IMG/VR virus record: IMGVR_UViG_3300037483_000621
Span: 1-34,547 of that record
From: a virus
Lineage: Duplodnaviria; Caudoviricetes
Strand: one strand, 5' to 3'
DNA: 34,547 bases
Shown here: piece by piece, positions 7,881 through 17,934 of the stretch
How positions within the stretch are numbered: position 1 is the first letter of the stretch
Layout of the letters: the number at the start of each line of letters is the position of its first letter
Made by a program: the position numbers and the translations under genes
Notes under the pieces: generated by a model
The model's database searches: none
What the model saw: only the letters and a program-made list of their open reading frames with translations
What the model was told of the DNA's origin: nothing

Positions 7881-8671
7881 CAGAGCCTCGCCCCCCAGTC
7901 CTCACGGTCAAAGCGATCCCAATCGAACGGAGCCCACTCAGTGTCGAAGTCGTCCCACGTCGCGGCCGCGTACACCGTGTCGAAGTCGTCCCACTCAAAG
8001 ATGAACAGGACAGTGCCAGGCTCCGGCTCATCGATGACCTGGTGCGGCAACGACCACACCCGCAGCTCGCCGACGGCGCCCACCAGCTCGTGATCCCAGT
8101 CACCAACGGAGATCACCTCAACCGGGGCGAGATCCCGAAGCCCGATCTGCTGGCGGCGCACGATCGGTGCACCCGACGACAGCAAGTCCTCGAGCGACGC
8201 CGTGACAGCGGCAGACTCGGTCTCCACGGCAAGCGACTTCTCGGGCAGCGAGGTGACGTCATGCCGCACCACCGGTCCACGACGGCCCGTCACCTGGAAG
8301 AAAGCACGCCGCGTCTTGAAAGACTTCGGATCCGTGAACGTGGCCACACTGACAGGCACGATCTTGTCGCCCGACAGCGACTGGAACACGCAAGCCGCAC
8401 CCGAGTACTCGATTGAGAACGACGCCGCCTCGTACACGTCCAAACCGATCGTGACCTTGTACACGACCGAACCGCCCCACGGCACACGAGAGTCCACCAA
8501 CACCAATTGCGTGGCGTCTGACGTGCCCTGACCGCCCTGCACAGGCCACTCGTGATCGCCCGCCGTCCCCACCACGGTGTACACGTCGCCGTCGGCCATT
8601 CCGGAGACCACCACCTGCGCAAAAGGGGGCGACCCACCAGTGAGCTCCGTCGCCGAGACTGTGACACTCAC
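7880..8671 (-). CDS. Minor tail protein (distal tail-like)
   Basis: Directly follows tape measure; VTGRRGPVV motif, C-terminal WDDFD repeats. Confidence 0.78.
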   Translation of the reverse strand: MSVTVSATELTGGSPPFAQVVVSGMADGDVYTVVGTAGDHEWPVQGGQGTSDATQLVLVDSRVPWGGSVVYKVTIGLDVYEAASFSIEYSGAACVFQSLSGDKIVPVSVATFTDPKSFKTRRAFFQVTGRRGPVVRHDVTSLPEKSLAVETESAAVTASLEDLLSSGAPIVRRQQIGLRDLAPVEVISVGDWDHELVGAVGELRVWSLPHQVIDEPEPGTVLFIFEWDDFDTVYAAATWDDFDTEWAPFDWDRFDREDWGARL

Positions 8672-11277
8672 CGCCGACCACCACCCCTCAACGTTGCCGA
8701 CCGTGTCTGCTGTGTGAACCTCGCCGAATCGTCGGCCGCACCACGCATCGTGCCCATCAGCACCCCGTCAGAGTCGTAGAGATGGAAGACCGCGCTGCCA
8801 CTCGACACCGGGTTGCTTGACGTCGACGATGCCGACAACCCCACGTAGGGGCGCAGCATCGCGGACGACGCCGACAGCCCCGTCACCGCCGGCGTCCCAC
8901 CGGCGGCATAGCCCGCACCGATGAGGGCGTTCAGGACACCGGACACGTCTTTGCGGTTGACGGCGTCCATGTAGTCGGTACCCCAGAAGTCGTGCGCCGG
9001 CGCCGACTGCACGTACTCGTTATCCGACAGCCATGCCGGGATCGAGTCCGACGTCCACGTACCCGGACCATGCACCGGGCCACCACCCGCGAAGGTGAGA
9101 CCACCCGAGCCTCCCTGACCGGTTGCGACCCGGATCCTGTGGTCACCCGTGATCGACCGCAACGCCGCCTGAATGTTCGTGATGTACCGGTACGCGTCCG
9201 ACGCACCACTGAGAGAGATGTCCGTCACGATTGCGGTGGGGATCAACCCCAACTCGTCCGCATACGCTTCCGCTTCAGTACTAGTCGCGCCCATCTGTGT
9301 GGCTGTGTCAATGAACGCCTGCCGACCCTCCGCCATCCGCCCCGTCAAAACGAATTGAGACTCGCCAGCCTTCACACCCGCATCGATCCAGTCCCACGTC
9401 GACGACGCAATCTCGTCCAACGCGGCCTGGTTCTCCCGACCTTTCTCCGTGTGAACGTCGAGGGTCTTGCCGTTCTCCTCGAGCGCGGCGGTCGCGGACG
9501 CGGTCGTGTCATAGAATTCCCGCACGGCAGCCGACTCGTCGAGCACCGCACCTGCAGCTTCACGCTGCTTGTCGATCTGCTCCTCGAGTGCCTCCACCAG
9601 AGTCATGACGGCGTCGGCAGCGTCGCCCATCGCCTCGGCCTGTTCCTCGGTCGTGAGGTTCGCGTCGTCCGTCGCGGACGCAACGATCTTCTGGTCGTTC
9701 TCCACCGACGTCAGGGCATCCGCGTAGGCAGGCATGAGCTTGAGCAGCTCGTCAGTCGTGCCACCCGTCTCCGTCAGGATTGCATCGAAACGCTCGGCAG
9801 CGAGTTCAGGATTTGAGGCATAGATCGAGGCGAGACTCTCGCCCAAGTCGTCGAACTTGCTGCGCGCCGCATCGAGGCCGTTGAGTTTGTCGGCCTGACC
9901 AAAGAGGGCGATGTTGCTGATGTCCGTCATGGCGCCACCGAGGCCAGTGGTCTCGCGGCGAATCAGATCAAGGGTCTGCTCCATGTCGTACCAGAGCGGC
10001 ATGTCGATGCCCGCAGACGCCTCCGCGGTGGCATCCCCCAATGCGAGGACACCCTTCGTCACATCAGCGAGTGACTGATTCGACGTGTAGACCGCGTTCA
10101 TTCCCTCCGCGATCGCGGTGAGCCCCAGAACAACACCACCAACGACGACCCCACCCTTCGACAGGCTCTTCAGGGCGGCGGCGTGGCCTTTGGTCGCTGT
10201 CGTAGCGACCACCGTCGCCTGCGTGTTGGCCGCCGTCGTGGCGGTCAGTGACCCGATCGCTGCCGTCGACGTAGCAGTGGCCTGCGCGTCTGCAGCCTTG
10301 AGCGGCAGCGAACGACCCAGCAAGACGTTGCCTGTCGTGCGGGCGCCGTTCCATGCCCACTCCGCGCCGGCCGCAAGCGTCGACGTCGTGGCGGTGATCT
10401 TCTGCCAGTTCGCCGCGACAGCGAGAGTGGTCGACAGCGTGGCAACAGAGATGACGATCGCCTTGGTCGCGGCCTCGTGCTCCGTCATCCACGACAGCGT
10501 GTCGACCGCTGCCGACGTGAGGTCCAGCACGATCGGCAGGAGGTCCTCGCCAGCCTTGGCTGCGAGGTTCTCGGTGGTGGCACCGAGGGTCTTCTGCTGG
10601 TTAGCGAGGTCGCCTGACGTGCGAGCGAAGTCACCGGTCGCGTTCTTCGCGTCGTTCTGGATGATCGCCAGCGTCGCGGTGACCTTTTCCTGTTCCGTCA
10701 ATTCGGAGGCAACCGTCTTGCCAGACGCCGCGAGCGCCTCCTGCTGCACGCGCGCCGTCGAGATGTTCGGGATCAGTTTCTGCAGGGAGTCATACTCACC
10801 ACGCATCGCCCCCGAGATGCGGTCCAACACATCCTCAGTGGGCAGGTTGCGGAACGACCCCAGGTCGGCCGAGAGCTGCACCGTCTCCTGAGACATCGAC
10901 GCTGCGACGTCGCCTGTCAGGCCAAGCTGGGTGTACATGTCACCAAACGACGCAGTCGCTTCCAGCGCCGCCTGCTTCGACATGCCCACAGACCTGTTGG
11001 CAGTCTCCGCCCACGCCTCCATCTCGTCGGCTTGCTCACCGAAGATGATGCCCGCCATGTTGACGGTCTCGCCCAGGTCACGGGCAGCGCCGATCGACTC
11101 CTTTGCAAAGATGCCAGCACTCACCGCAAGCGCGAAGAACTGTGCTGTGCCGGCCTTACGCAACCCGTCGAGGGCACGCTCCTGAGCGTTGAGTTTGTCC
11201 GACATCTTGTCGAAGACCTTGGACGCGTTGTCCTTGGCGAGGATGTCGAAGACGATGTTCGCTGATCGGGACGCCAC
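8668..11277 (-). CDS. Tail tape measure protein (869 aa)
   Basis: Longest ORF, Ala-rich helical; starts FDILAKDNASKVF; C-terminal FAGGGPVHGPGTWTSDSIPAWLSDNEYV motif; GGGAGG RBS. Confidence 0.95.
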   Translation of the reverse strand: MASRSANIVFDILAKDNASKVFDKMSDKLNAQERALDGLRKAGTAQFFALAVSAGIFAKESIGAARDLGETVNMAGIIFGEQADEMEAWAETANRSVGMSKQAALEATASFGDMYTQLGLTGDVAASMSQETVQLSADLGSFRNLPTEDVLDRISGAMRGEYDSLQKLIPNISTARVQQEALAASGKTVASELTEQEKVTATLAIIQNDAKNATGDFARTSGDLANQQKTLGATTENLAAKAGEDLLPIVLDLTSAAVDTLSWMTEHEAATKAIVISVATLSTTLAVAANWQKITATTSTLAAGAEWAWNGARTTGNVLLGRSLPLKAADAQATATSTAAIGSLTATTAANTQATVVATTATKGHAAALKSLSKGGVVVGGVVLGLTAIAEGMNAVYTSNQSLADVTKGVLALGDATAEASAGIDMPLWYDMEQTLDLIRRETTGLGGAMTDISNIALFGQADKLNGLDAARSKFDDLGESLASIYASNPELAAERFDAILTETGGTTDELLKLMPAYADALTSVENDQKIVASATDDANLTTEEQAEAMGDAADAVMTLVEALEEQIDKQREAAGAVLDESAAVREFYDTTASATAALEENGKTLDVHTEKGRENQAALDEIASSTWDWIDAGVKAGESQFVLTGRMAEGRQAFIDTATQMGATSTEAEAYADELGLIPTAIVTDISLSGASDAYRYITNIQAALRSITGDHRIRVATGQGGSGGLTFAGGGPVHGPGTWTSDSIPAWLSDNEYVQSAPAHDFWGTDYMDAVNRKDVSGVLNALIGAGYAAGGTPAVTGLSASSAMLRPYVGLSASSTSSNPVSSGSAVFHLYDSDGVLMGTMRGAADDSARFTQQTRSATLRGGGRR

Positions 11278-11296
11278 AGTGCACCTCCCGTCAGCG

Positions 11297-11545
11297 CTAT
11301 CTGGTTGTTTGGTTGGTCAGGTTGTCGAGGTCCTCGCAGAACAGCAGGAACTGCTCGAGGGTGAGAGCCCACACATCGGTGGGCGACAGGTGGTAGATGC
11401 GGGCGAATGCCGGCAGGCGGACGTGTACGGAGTTCTCGACGGACGGCTCAAGCGCTACCGGGGGCCACTGGCCTCCGACGTCGGCTCCGTGGCGTCGTCG
11501 ACGGCCGGAGCGGAATCCGTCGACGGAGACTGAGGGTCCGCATCG
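11297..11545 (-). CDS. Frameshifted (-1) C-terminal part of tail assembly chaperone (gpGT-like)
   Basis: -1 frame open from 11545 to TAG at 11297: ...RLPAFARIYHLSPTDVWALTLEQFLLFCEDLD...; no start codon with RBS of its own; directly upstream of tape measure. Confidence 0.75.
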   Translation of the reverse strand, partial: RCGPSVSVDGFRSGRRRRHGADVGGQWPPVALEPSVENSVHVRLPAFARIYHLSPTDVWALTLEQFLLFCEDLDNLTNQTTR

Positions 11546-11967
11546 TCACCGTCGTCGACGGCGTACTCCGCGAGAGCCGCCTCGTCGGCAGCGTCCTCCG
11601 CGACCACATGGAAGTCAGACACCGGCATCTGACACATCTGCTCCCATGTGACTCGGTGCCCTGCGGCGCGTAGCGAGCCGAACGCGGAGAGCTGGTTGAC
11701 CACCACATCGTCGTCACCCGTCATGCCAGATGGCGGACCCGTGTACTCCTTGCCTTGACGTTCGGCCAGGCGCTCGAGCGAGTCGAGCGTGATCCGGCGC
11801 AGCAAATCGTGGAGGTCCGCCAGGCGCCACTTCTTCGCAGTGAGCGCCTCCGACAAGGCACTCATCGGCATCTTCAACGGAGGCACGATCGGCACTGCCT
11901 GACCCGCCCACGGCAAGGTCTCGTCGGACGGGGTGAACATGTAGCGCATGGGCTTCTCCTGGGTCAT
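11455..11967 (-). CDS. Tail assembly chaperone (gpG-like)
   Basis: Position before tape measure, acidic tail, overlapping -1 frame extension. Confidence 0.8.
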   Translation of the reverse strand: MTQEKPMRYMFTPSDETLPWAGQAVPIVPPLKMPMSALSEALTAKKWRLADLHDLLRRITLDSLERLAERQGKEYTGPPSGMTGDDDVVVNQLSAFGSLRAAGHRVTWEQMCQMPVSDFHVVAEDAADEAALAEYAVDDGDDADPQSPSTDSAPAVDDATEPTSEASGPR

Positions 11968-12566
11968 TGGACGTCGTGGGTCTTGATGCTCTTCGCCGCG
12001 TCCTCGACGAGAGCAAGAAGTGCTGCACGGGCCTCGATGACGCCTGCCTTTGCGCCGCGTTGGAAGTACTGGTTACCCGCCTGCTCGATCCGCTCTGGAC
12101 GACCAAAGACGGGGTGGCGCCACTTCTTCGCGTTCAGCGCCTTGTTCGACCAAGCAGGCGTTCGGCTCGCGACACGCACTGACGCTCCACGACCCGACGC
12201 AGGCGTTGACACACGCGTCGTCAGGTTCGCTGCCACTGAAGCCCGCAAACCACGGCCACGCTCACGCGACGACGCGCGTGAGTCCACCGACACAATCCGT
12301 GCGCCACCCAACTCGCGAGCGCGTGGCCCGCGGCGGTAGCCACCACGACGGTTGCGTTGCGCCAGCGAGTAGCGAGTACTGGTGACCACACCGCCGACGG
12401 GCTCCGTTCGCAGGATCTCCTGCTGCCGCTCGATGATCGCGTTCCCGGTCTCGCGCAACGACTTGCGAAACCCCGTCGCCAACTTCGGACTGATTGCCTT
12501 CATGTCCTGGATCAGGGGGCGAAGGTTCGATCGGACGTCGAACTCCGGGGATCCGCCAGTCGTCAT
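11964..12566 (-). CDS. Basic virion morphogenesis protein (HK97 gp10-like / tail completion)
   Basis: Arg-rich, WRHPVFG motif, GGGGAG RBS, tail operon. Confidence 0.6.
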   Translation of the reverse strand: MTTGGSPEFDVRSNLRPLIQDMKAISPKLATGFRKSLRETGNAIIERQQEILRTEPVGGVVTSTRYSLAQRNRRGGYRRGPRARELGGARIVSVDSRASSRERGRGLRASVAANLTTRVSTPASGRGASVRVASRTPAWSNKALNAKKWRHPVFGRPERIEQAGNQYFQRGAKAGVIEARAALLALVEDAAKSIKTHDVQ

Positions 12567-12583
12567 GAGCACACTCCCCGTGG

Positions 12584-13618
12584 TTAGGGCGTGGTGTCTT
12601 CGGTGCGGTACACCACGTAGATCGGCTCAGTCGACGCCGCGAGGGAGTCGAGACCCGTGAACGGGATCGTCTGGGTGATCACGTCACCACCGTTGGCCTT
12701 GGGCAGTTCGCCCTCGAGCTTGATCAGTGGCACGTGGATCTGCAGCACCGGGTAGATGTCCGTCGCGATCGCGTCCGGCAGAGTGAACGTGAGTAGCAAC
12801 GTCAGGTCGGTGTTGTTCAGGTACGCGTCCCGCAACGTGGCCGCGTCATACTCTGCGGTCATCGAACCGGAGATGGCGGCCTTGCCCAATGCGTTCTTGC
12901 GGGTGCGCTTGCCTGCACCACCCAGGTTGAAGCCTGCGTCGTCCAGACCGTTCTCGCACTTGAGCGAGAAGGCGCGGATGTTCGCGAGCTCACTGCCCGC
13001 GGCCGACGCCAGCGCAGTGTCGGTGGCCTTGGTGATCGTGTTGCCGACGTAGATCTTGCCGTGGACGAAGTGGAACAGGTCCAGGGTCGCCGGGTACGAG
13101 GGTGCCGCATACGACTCGTCAGTGACGATGTCCTGCGCCTTCCACGCCGTGCTGACCATGAGCAGGCCACCGTCTGAGGCCGAGAACTCAATCGAGTCAC
13201 ACATCGCACCCAGGAACGACAGTGCGTGGGTCGCACCACCACCCAGCGGGGGGATGCCCTTCTGGATCGTGAACGAGTCCAGGTAGTCGGACGTCTTGGG
13301 AGTGTGGACCTGCTGATACACGCCCGTGCTCGTCGGTACCTCCGTGTTCGTCACCGCACCGAACGCGGCTTCCAGCAAAGCACCGAGTCCCGACGACGCG
13401 GCCTCCAGGCTGATCGACCCTGCCGGTGCGGTCTTCGCCAGCACCCGGCGACCGCCACGGTCCACACGAGAGCCGACACGCATGCCAGCGCCCTGCGTGA
13501 ACTCAAGGTTCGCGTCGAGGCTCTCCGACGTGAACTCGAGGAACTGATCCGGCACCGCGAACGTGCCGTAGGTGGTCTCCTTCTTGAGACCAAGTGAGCA
13601 ATCGAGTTGCGTGGTCAT
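12584..13618 (-). CDS. Major tail tube protein
   Basis: LGLKKETTYGT N-terminus, SFTIQKG, 344 aa, position. Confidence 0.9.
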   Translation of the reverse strand: MTTQLDCSLGLKKETTYGTFAVPDQFLEFTSESLDANLEFTQGAGMRVGSRVDRGGRRVLAKTAPAGSISLEAASSGLGALLEAAFGAVTNTEVPTSTGVYQQVHTPKTSDYLDSFTIQKGIPPLGGGATHALSFLGAMCDSIEFSASDGGLLMVSTAWKAQDIVTDESYAAPSYPATLDLFHFVHGKIYVGNTITKATDTALASAAGSELANIRAFSLKCENGLDDAGFNLGGAGKRTRKNALGKAAISGSMTAEYDAATLRDAYLNNTDLTLLLTFTLPDAIATDIYPVLQIHVPLIKLEGELPKANGGDVITQTIPFTGLDSLAASTEPIYVVYRTEDTTP

Positions 13619-13620
13619 GG

Positions 13621-14046
13621 CTACTCTCCGTCCGGAGTCGTGGTGTTGGTGTCGTCGGTATTGGATTCGAGGATGGGGAAGCCGTGCTCGTCTGTGGGCA
13701 CGAGCGAGCCGTCGAGGTTCTCGACTACGGCCGGCACAGTTGCGGCCATCAGCTCCGGCTTCGTCATATCGGCCGCGCCCTCGACGCCCCAGTGCTCGGC
13801 GTGGGCGACCCAGTCGGCCTTCTTCGCCCTGTCAGAGGGACGTGCCGCTGGATCCTGCGCGGCGTCTGCAGGCTGCCACACGTCGACCTGACGCAGCAGG
13901 ATCGCCGCATGCTCGGCACTCACCTCCACGATGTCGCCACGGCGCACGGTGACGCCAATGAGCGGCACATCCAAGCCCGCCTTGCCCGCACGCGGCGACA
14001 CGTTTCGAATCGCCACCACGTTCCGCTCAACGTCCTTCGTCATCAT
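13621..14046 (-). CDS. Hypothetical protein with small helical (Rho-N/HeH-like) motif
   Basis: KADWVAHA...DMTKPELM motif; AAGGAG RBS. Confidence 0.65.
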   Translation of the reverse strand: MMTKDVERNVVAIRNVSPRAGKAGLDVPLIGVTVRRGDIVEVSAEHAAILLRQVDVWQPADAAQDPAARPSDRAKKADWVAHAEHWGVEGAADMTKPELMAATVPAVVENLDGSLVPTDEHGFPILESNTDDTNTTTPDGE

Positions 14047-14079
14047 TGCTCCTTAGTTCCTGTCTGGCTTCCGACATGC

Positions 14080-14550
14080 TCAGCCTCGAATGCGGTAGAG
14101 AGATGTGAAGTCTGCTGCGATGGACCACATCGAGCCCGCGGGTTCCGTGTAGACCTGACGGTCGGCCTCGAAGCTCGTCAGGAAGCACCACTCGACGGTG
14201 CCGTTGAAGGTGGTGTCACCGTTGATCGCGGAACGTGCGTGCTCCGCAAAGCGGTTCAGCAGCGCGAACGCCGCGTTGCGCGCCAGGGGGTCAACGACCT
14301 CCGGGTCACCGGCAATGAACGCCTCGAAGAACATCGTGATCACAGGCGTCTCGTTGCGGCCGCGCGAAGCACCCATCGTCGCGACATCTTGGTCGGATTT
14401 GACACCGCCCATCGTGACCGCCTGGTCGTAGTACTCGACCGGAGCTGCGGCGAAGTACACACCAACGGTTCCTTGATCGGGTTCAAAGATCGTCTTCGCC
14501 GCGGCATACATCGCCTGATGCAACTCAGCGGCGATCGTCGACACGGTCAT
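14080..14550 (-). CDS. Tail terminator-like protein
   Basis: ATGA overlap with the adaptor gene; size and position. Confidence 0.6.
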   Translation of the reverse strand: MTVSTIAAELHQAMYAAAKTIFEPDQGTVGVYFAAAPVEYYDQAVTMGGVKSDQDVATMGASRGRNETPVITMFFEAFIAGDPEVVDPLARNAAFALLNRFAEHARSAINGDTTFNGTVEWCFLTSFEADRQVYTEPAGSMWSIAADFTSLYRIRG

Positions 14551-15335
14551 GCGATACCCGCAGCCCTCGGTATGGACTGCACCATCTCCCACGCCCGCCT
14601 CGGGAGCGCAAACCCCATCGGGGTCGTGACCGTCTCATCAGTCGCACCGGACTCGCGGAGCCCCTGGCGGGTGATCTGCCAGAGGTGCGCAATGACCTCG
14701 AGGCACGCGAGCCTCGCCTGCGGCGGGATCTCCACGTCACCCACAGTGAACGCCACCACGACGTTCACGTCACCCTCGGTGAGGTAATCGGAGTACACGA
14801 TGCCCGCCTCCTCGTCGACCTTGAACTGAGTGGTGTCGAGGACGTTGCCGTCGACCGTGACCGACGTCACAGTGACGTGAATGTAGGGCAGCACCACCGC
14901 ACGCTTGCGATAGTGACCCGAAACCTTAGTGGTGCGCTCCACAGGGAGCAGAGGCCCAGTGACGTCTTCGATGATCGCCGTCGCCGTGGCGATGTACAGC
15001 GGTAGAGACGACACACTGTCAGGGGCCGCGGTGACCTGATTGCCGAGCCTCAAACGGTCGATCGCGTCGGCTTGCGCCACCAAGTAGCGAGGATGCGTGG
15101 GCCACACGTCGAGGATGTCGGCGTGGGTCTCAGCGCCCGCGATCGACCACAACAACTGATGCCGCCCCGGCAGCGTCGGCGTGAACTGCACGGTGTGCGC
15201 GGGCGGCGTGCCCCCGACCGTGGGACTGACCGTGGTGCCATCGGGCAGGGTCACCGTCAACGCGGCAGCAGCGGACGTACTCGACCGCCACGCCAACGCC
15301 GACAGTGACCCGACCCGATGAATGATGTTCGTCAT
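14547..15335 (-). CDS. Head-to-tail adaptor with N-terminal Ig-like extension
   Basis: IPPQARLACLEVIAHLWQ and GFALPRRAWE motifs; N-terminal LTVTLPDGT...PGRHQLLW beta domain. Confidence 0.8.
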   Translation of the reverse strand: MTNIIHRVGSLSALAWRSSTSAAAALTVTLPDGTTVSPTVGGTPPAHTVQFTPTLPGRHQLLWSIAGAETHADILDVWPTHPRYLVAQADAIDRLRLGNQVTAAPDSVSSLPLYIATATAIIEDVTGPLLPVERTTKVSGHYRKRAVVLPYIHVTVTSVTVDGNVLDTTQFKVDEEAGIVYSDYLTEGDVNVVVAFTVGDVEIPPQARLACLEVIAHLWQITRQGLRESGATDETVTTPMGFALPRRAWEMVQSIPRAAGIA

Positions 15336-15345
15336 GGCCAGAGCG

Positions 15346-15633
15346 CTACGCGCGCGCCTTCCAGATCTTGAGTTGGGCGTCGACCTGAGCGACACGGTCC
15401 TTCGCGTCCTTGCGAGACACGTAGCCCCTGCGCTCGTTCTCGAGCGCCTTGATCATGCGTGCAGCGGCAGGGTCCTTTTCGACCTTCTTGGCTGCGGCCG
15501 CACGCTGCTGGCCCGCCTGCTTCGCGTCGTCCGACTTCTCGGCGGCAGCCTCGTCTTCGACGACCGCATCGGTGTTGGCAGTGTCCTCAGTGCTGGCGGT
15601 GCGATCCGTCGGCTTGCTGGCTTCGGGAGCCAT
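15346..15633 (-). CDS. Hypothetical protein after capsid
   Basis: AAGGAGGA RBS; MIKALENERRGY motif. Confidence 0.75.
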   Translation of the reverse strand: MAPEASKPTDRTASTEDTANTDAVVEDEAAAEKSDDAKQAGQQRAAAAKKVEKDPAAARMIKALENERRGYVSRKDAKDRVAQVDAQLKIWKARA

Positions 15634-15672
15634 GGTTCCTCCTTGGGTGGGATGGAGCAGTGGTGGTCCGCG

Positions 15673-15705
15673 AGCGCGGCCCAGGCGTTGTGCCCGGGCC
15701 GCGCT
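15673..15705 (-). terminator. Hairpin downstream of major capsid gene
   Basis: AGCGCGGCCC...GGGCCGCGCT, 12 nt after the stop; no clear U-tract. Confidence 0.6.
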
Positions 15706-15717
15706 GCGGTGTTCGAC

Positions 15718-17109
15718 CTAGAAGGTCGGCGTGATGAGACCGGTACCGACCACCTTCTGCATGGCCGCGGGGTAGCGGCCGAAGGTGAACGCGATGTACC
15801 CGTACAGGGCGATCTCGACCTGGTTGGTGAGGACCTTCTCGGCGCTGACCATCAGCGGCGAGTCGGGGTCCTCCCACAGGTGAGCCTCCTGGCGGTTGAT
15901 GACGTACACCTCGTCCTCGTTGGTGCCCGTACCGAGGTTGACCGGCACGTTGTTGTCGGCGACGATCCCAATGCCAGAGGGCAGCATGCCGCGCAGGTTC
16001 GAGCCGTAGCCCGCGTCCGTGGTGACACCGCCTGCCTGCGTGGGAATGTTGGGCGAGGCGAGGTACGGCCACGACTGAGTGAGCTGCGACTGCAGCCACC
16101 GGAAGCGGCGTCCGTGCATCACCGTGATGATGTCGTTCGGGTCGAGGTCGAGCATCGCTGCCTCGACTGCCGCTGCAGCCTGAAGGATCTTCGGGTGCAG
16201 CTCGGCGGCCGTGGGTGAGGCGTCGGTGTACGTCACCTCGGTGGCGATTGCCGACAGACCGACCGTGGCCTTGTTGATCAAGGTCGAGTCGAGCACCGTG
16301 TTGAAGGCACGACCGAGGTCGTCCCATGTGATGTCGAGCGTGCCGGCGGCACGGTCGAGGACCTTGTGGCTGATGGTGCCCCCGCCAGCGATCGCAATCA
16401 CGTCGACGTTGAGCGCCGTGTCGTCGATGTCGGTGACGGACACCGAGCCACCCTCGGTGTGCTCAGCGGCGGACGTGCCGGTCGTGATGCGGGACAGCAC
16501 AACCTGCAGGCCCTCGGGCGGGAGGTCGTGGTGGCGCATGTTGTCCGCGAGCGGACGGCCGGCCTTCGCGTTCGGACCGATGAGGTCCTTGGCGTAGGTG
16601 GGGGCGATGTACCCCGCGAACGCCGAACTGCCGATGGCACGCTCGAACACCGCGCGGTGCTCGTCGTCCATCATTTCGCGTGCCTCGTCCATGTGACGGT
16701 CGAGACGACGCTCCGCTTCGCGGTTGCCCAGGGCCGCACGGGCGACGTCAGCCAGGAACTTCTGACCGTTCTTGTCGTCCTTGCGGTTGTACGTCGCGAG
16801 CTCGGTGACCTGGAGGCGCTCCTCGCCGCCGGACTTCGGAGCCTTGGCACCCGACGGCTCGAAACGCTTGGCACGCTCGTCGGCCGCACGGTCGCGAGCG
16901 ATCTCCGCTTCGAGGTCTCCGGCCTCACGCTCGAGGTCGTCGACCTCCTTGTCGATCGCGTCCTTGAGTGCGCGAACCTCCGCGACCCTGTCGGCGTCGA
17001 GATCGTCCTTACCGCGGAGCGTGCGAAGCTCCTCGGCCTGAGTGTTGCGCTCTGCTAACTTGAGCGAGATCTTCTCGCGCAGCTGCTCGAGCATCTTCTG
17101 CGGGTCCAT
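15718..17109 (-). CDS. Major capsid protein, HK97 family, with delta domain
   Basis: N-terminal coiled coil, AGYIAPTY, follows the prohead protease; 463 aa. Confidence 0.93.
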   Translation of the reverse strand: MDPQKMLEQLREKISLKLAERNTQAEELRTLRGKDDLDADRVAEVRALKDAIDKEVDDLEREAGDLEAEIARDRAADERAKRFEPSGAKAPKSGGEERLQVTELATYNRKDDKNGQKFLADVARAALGNREAERRLDRHMDEAREMMDDEHRAVFERAIGSSAFAGYIAPTYAKDLIGPNAKAGRPLADNMRHHDLPPEGLQVVLSRITTGTSAAEHTEGGSVSVTDIDDTALNVDVIAIAGGGTISHKVLDRAAGTLDITWDDLGRAFNTVLDSTLINKATVGLSAIATEVTYTDASPTAAELHPKILQAAAAVEAAMLDLDPNDIITVMHGRRFRWLQSQLTQSWPYLASPNIPTQAGGVTTDAGYGSNLRGMLPSGIGIVADNNVPVNLGTGTNEDEVYVINRQEAHLWEDPDSPLMVSAEKVLTNQVEIALYGYIAFTFGRYPAAMQKVVGTGLITPTF

Positions 17110-17229
17110 GACAGACCGTCCCTTCTGAGTGTGTGGTGATGGGGTAGTGGTGCTTGACCCAGCCAGACAGTCAGGCCCCAGGCAAAAGCGCGGGGCGCGA
17201 TCCGTGCGGACCTACGGGGAGCGCGTGAG

Positions 17230-17934
17230 CTACACGCGCAGGGCAATGTCCCAATCGGTGATCAGGTCACTGCCACGCTTGGTGAGATTCAGTGCGGGGG
17301 CGCGATCGCCGCTTACGAGGCCGGCACCCACGGTGTACGGGTTCGCCCCGTAGCCGACGATCGCGACGTCGCCGCGGTGGATGTCGACCTTGATGATCTC
17401 GAACTCCGTGAAGTCCTCGTTCCACAGACCCTCGAGGATCCGGAAGCGGAACGACATCTCATCGATGAGGCCCTCGTCGAGCTTGTTGCGGATGTACGCG
17501 ACGTCGTGGTCGAGGGGGTTCAGTTTCGCCTGTACCCGCAGACCCTGGTCGTCCTCGCTCAACCACAACGTGGTGTTCGTGGTGCGCGCGATACGGCGCA
17601 GCGAGTCGTGCTGCAGCACCAGGGGCACATCCAGGTCAGGCTGCGCGAGCGTCTCGAAGAACGCCGCCGAGCGGACCTTCTCGAGATACACCCCATACCA
17701 GTCGTACATCTCGTACCAGGTGTCCGTAATCGACGCATAGCCCTCGAAGATCAGCTCATCGACACCCGCGTCAGAGGTCTCTTCACGCAACGTGTAGTCG
17801 CGCAGCGTCGCACGAGCGCGAGCCTGAGTGCCATCGAAACTGTCGCGACGGTTCGACGGACGGTCAGCACGGGCACGGTAGTGCTTCGCACGCGCCGCCA
17901 TCGCGGCTTCACGGTCGAGCATCTGCGGGATCAT
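17230..17934 (-). CDS. HK97-family prohead protease
   Basis: FEGYAS, LVLQHD, EDDQGLRV, EMSFRF, GANPYT motifs. Confidence 0.93.
   Translation of the reverse strand: MIPQMLDREAAMAARAKHYRARADRPSNRRDSFDGTQARARATLRDYTLREETSDAGVDELIFEGYASITDTWYEMYDWYGVYLEKVRSAAFFETLAQPDLDVPLVLQHDSLRRIARTTNTTLWLSEDDQGLRVQAKLNPLDHDVAYIRNKLDEGLIDEMSFRFRILEGLWNEDFTEFEIIKVDIHRGDVAIVGYGANPYTVGAGLVSGDRAPALNLTKRGSDLITDWDIALRV

Noticed and set aside
7941-7994. 18-bp direct repeat GTGTCGAAGTCGTCCCAC
   Set aside because: Encodes the WDDFDT peptide repeat of the tail protein; two copies only, not CRISPR.
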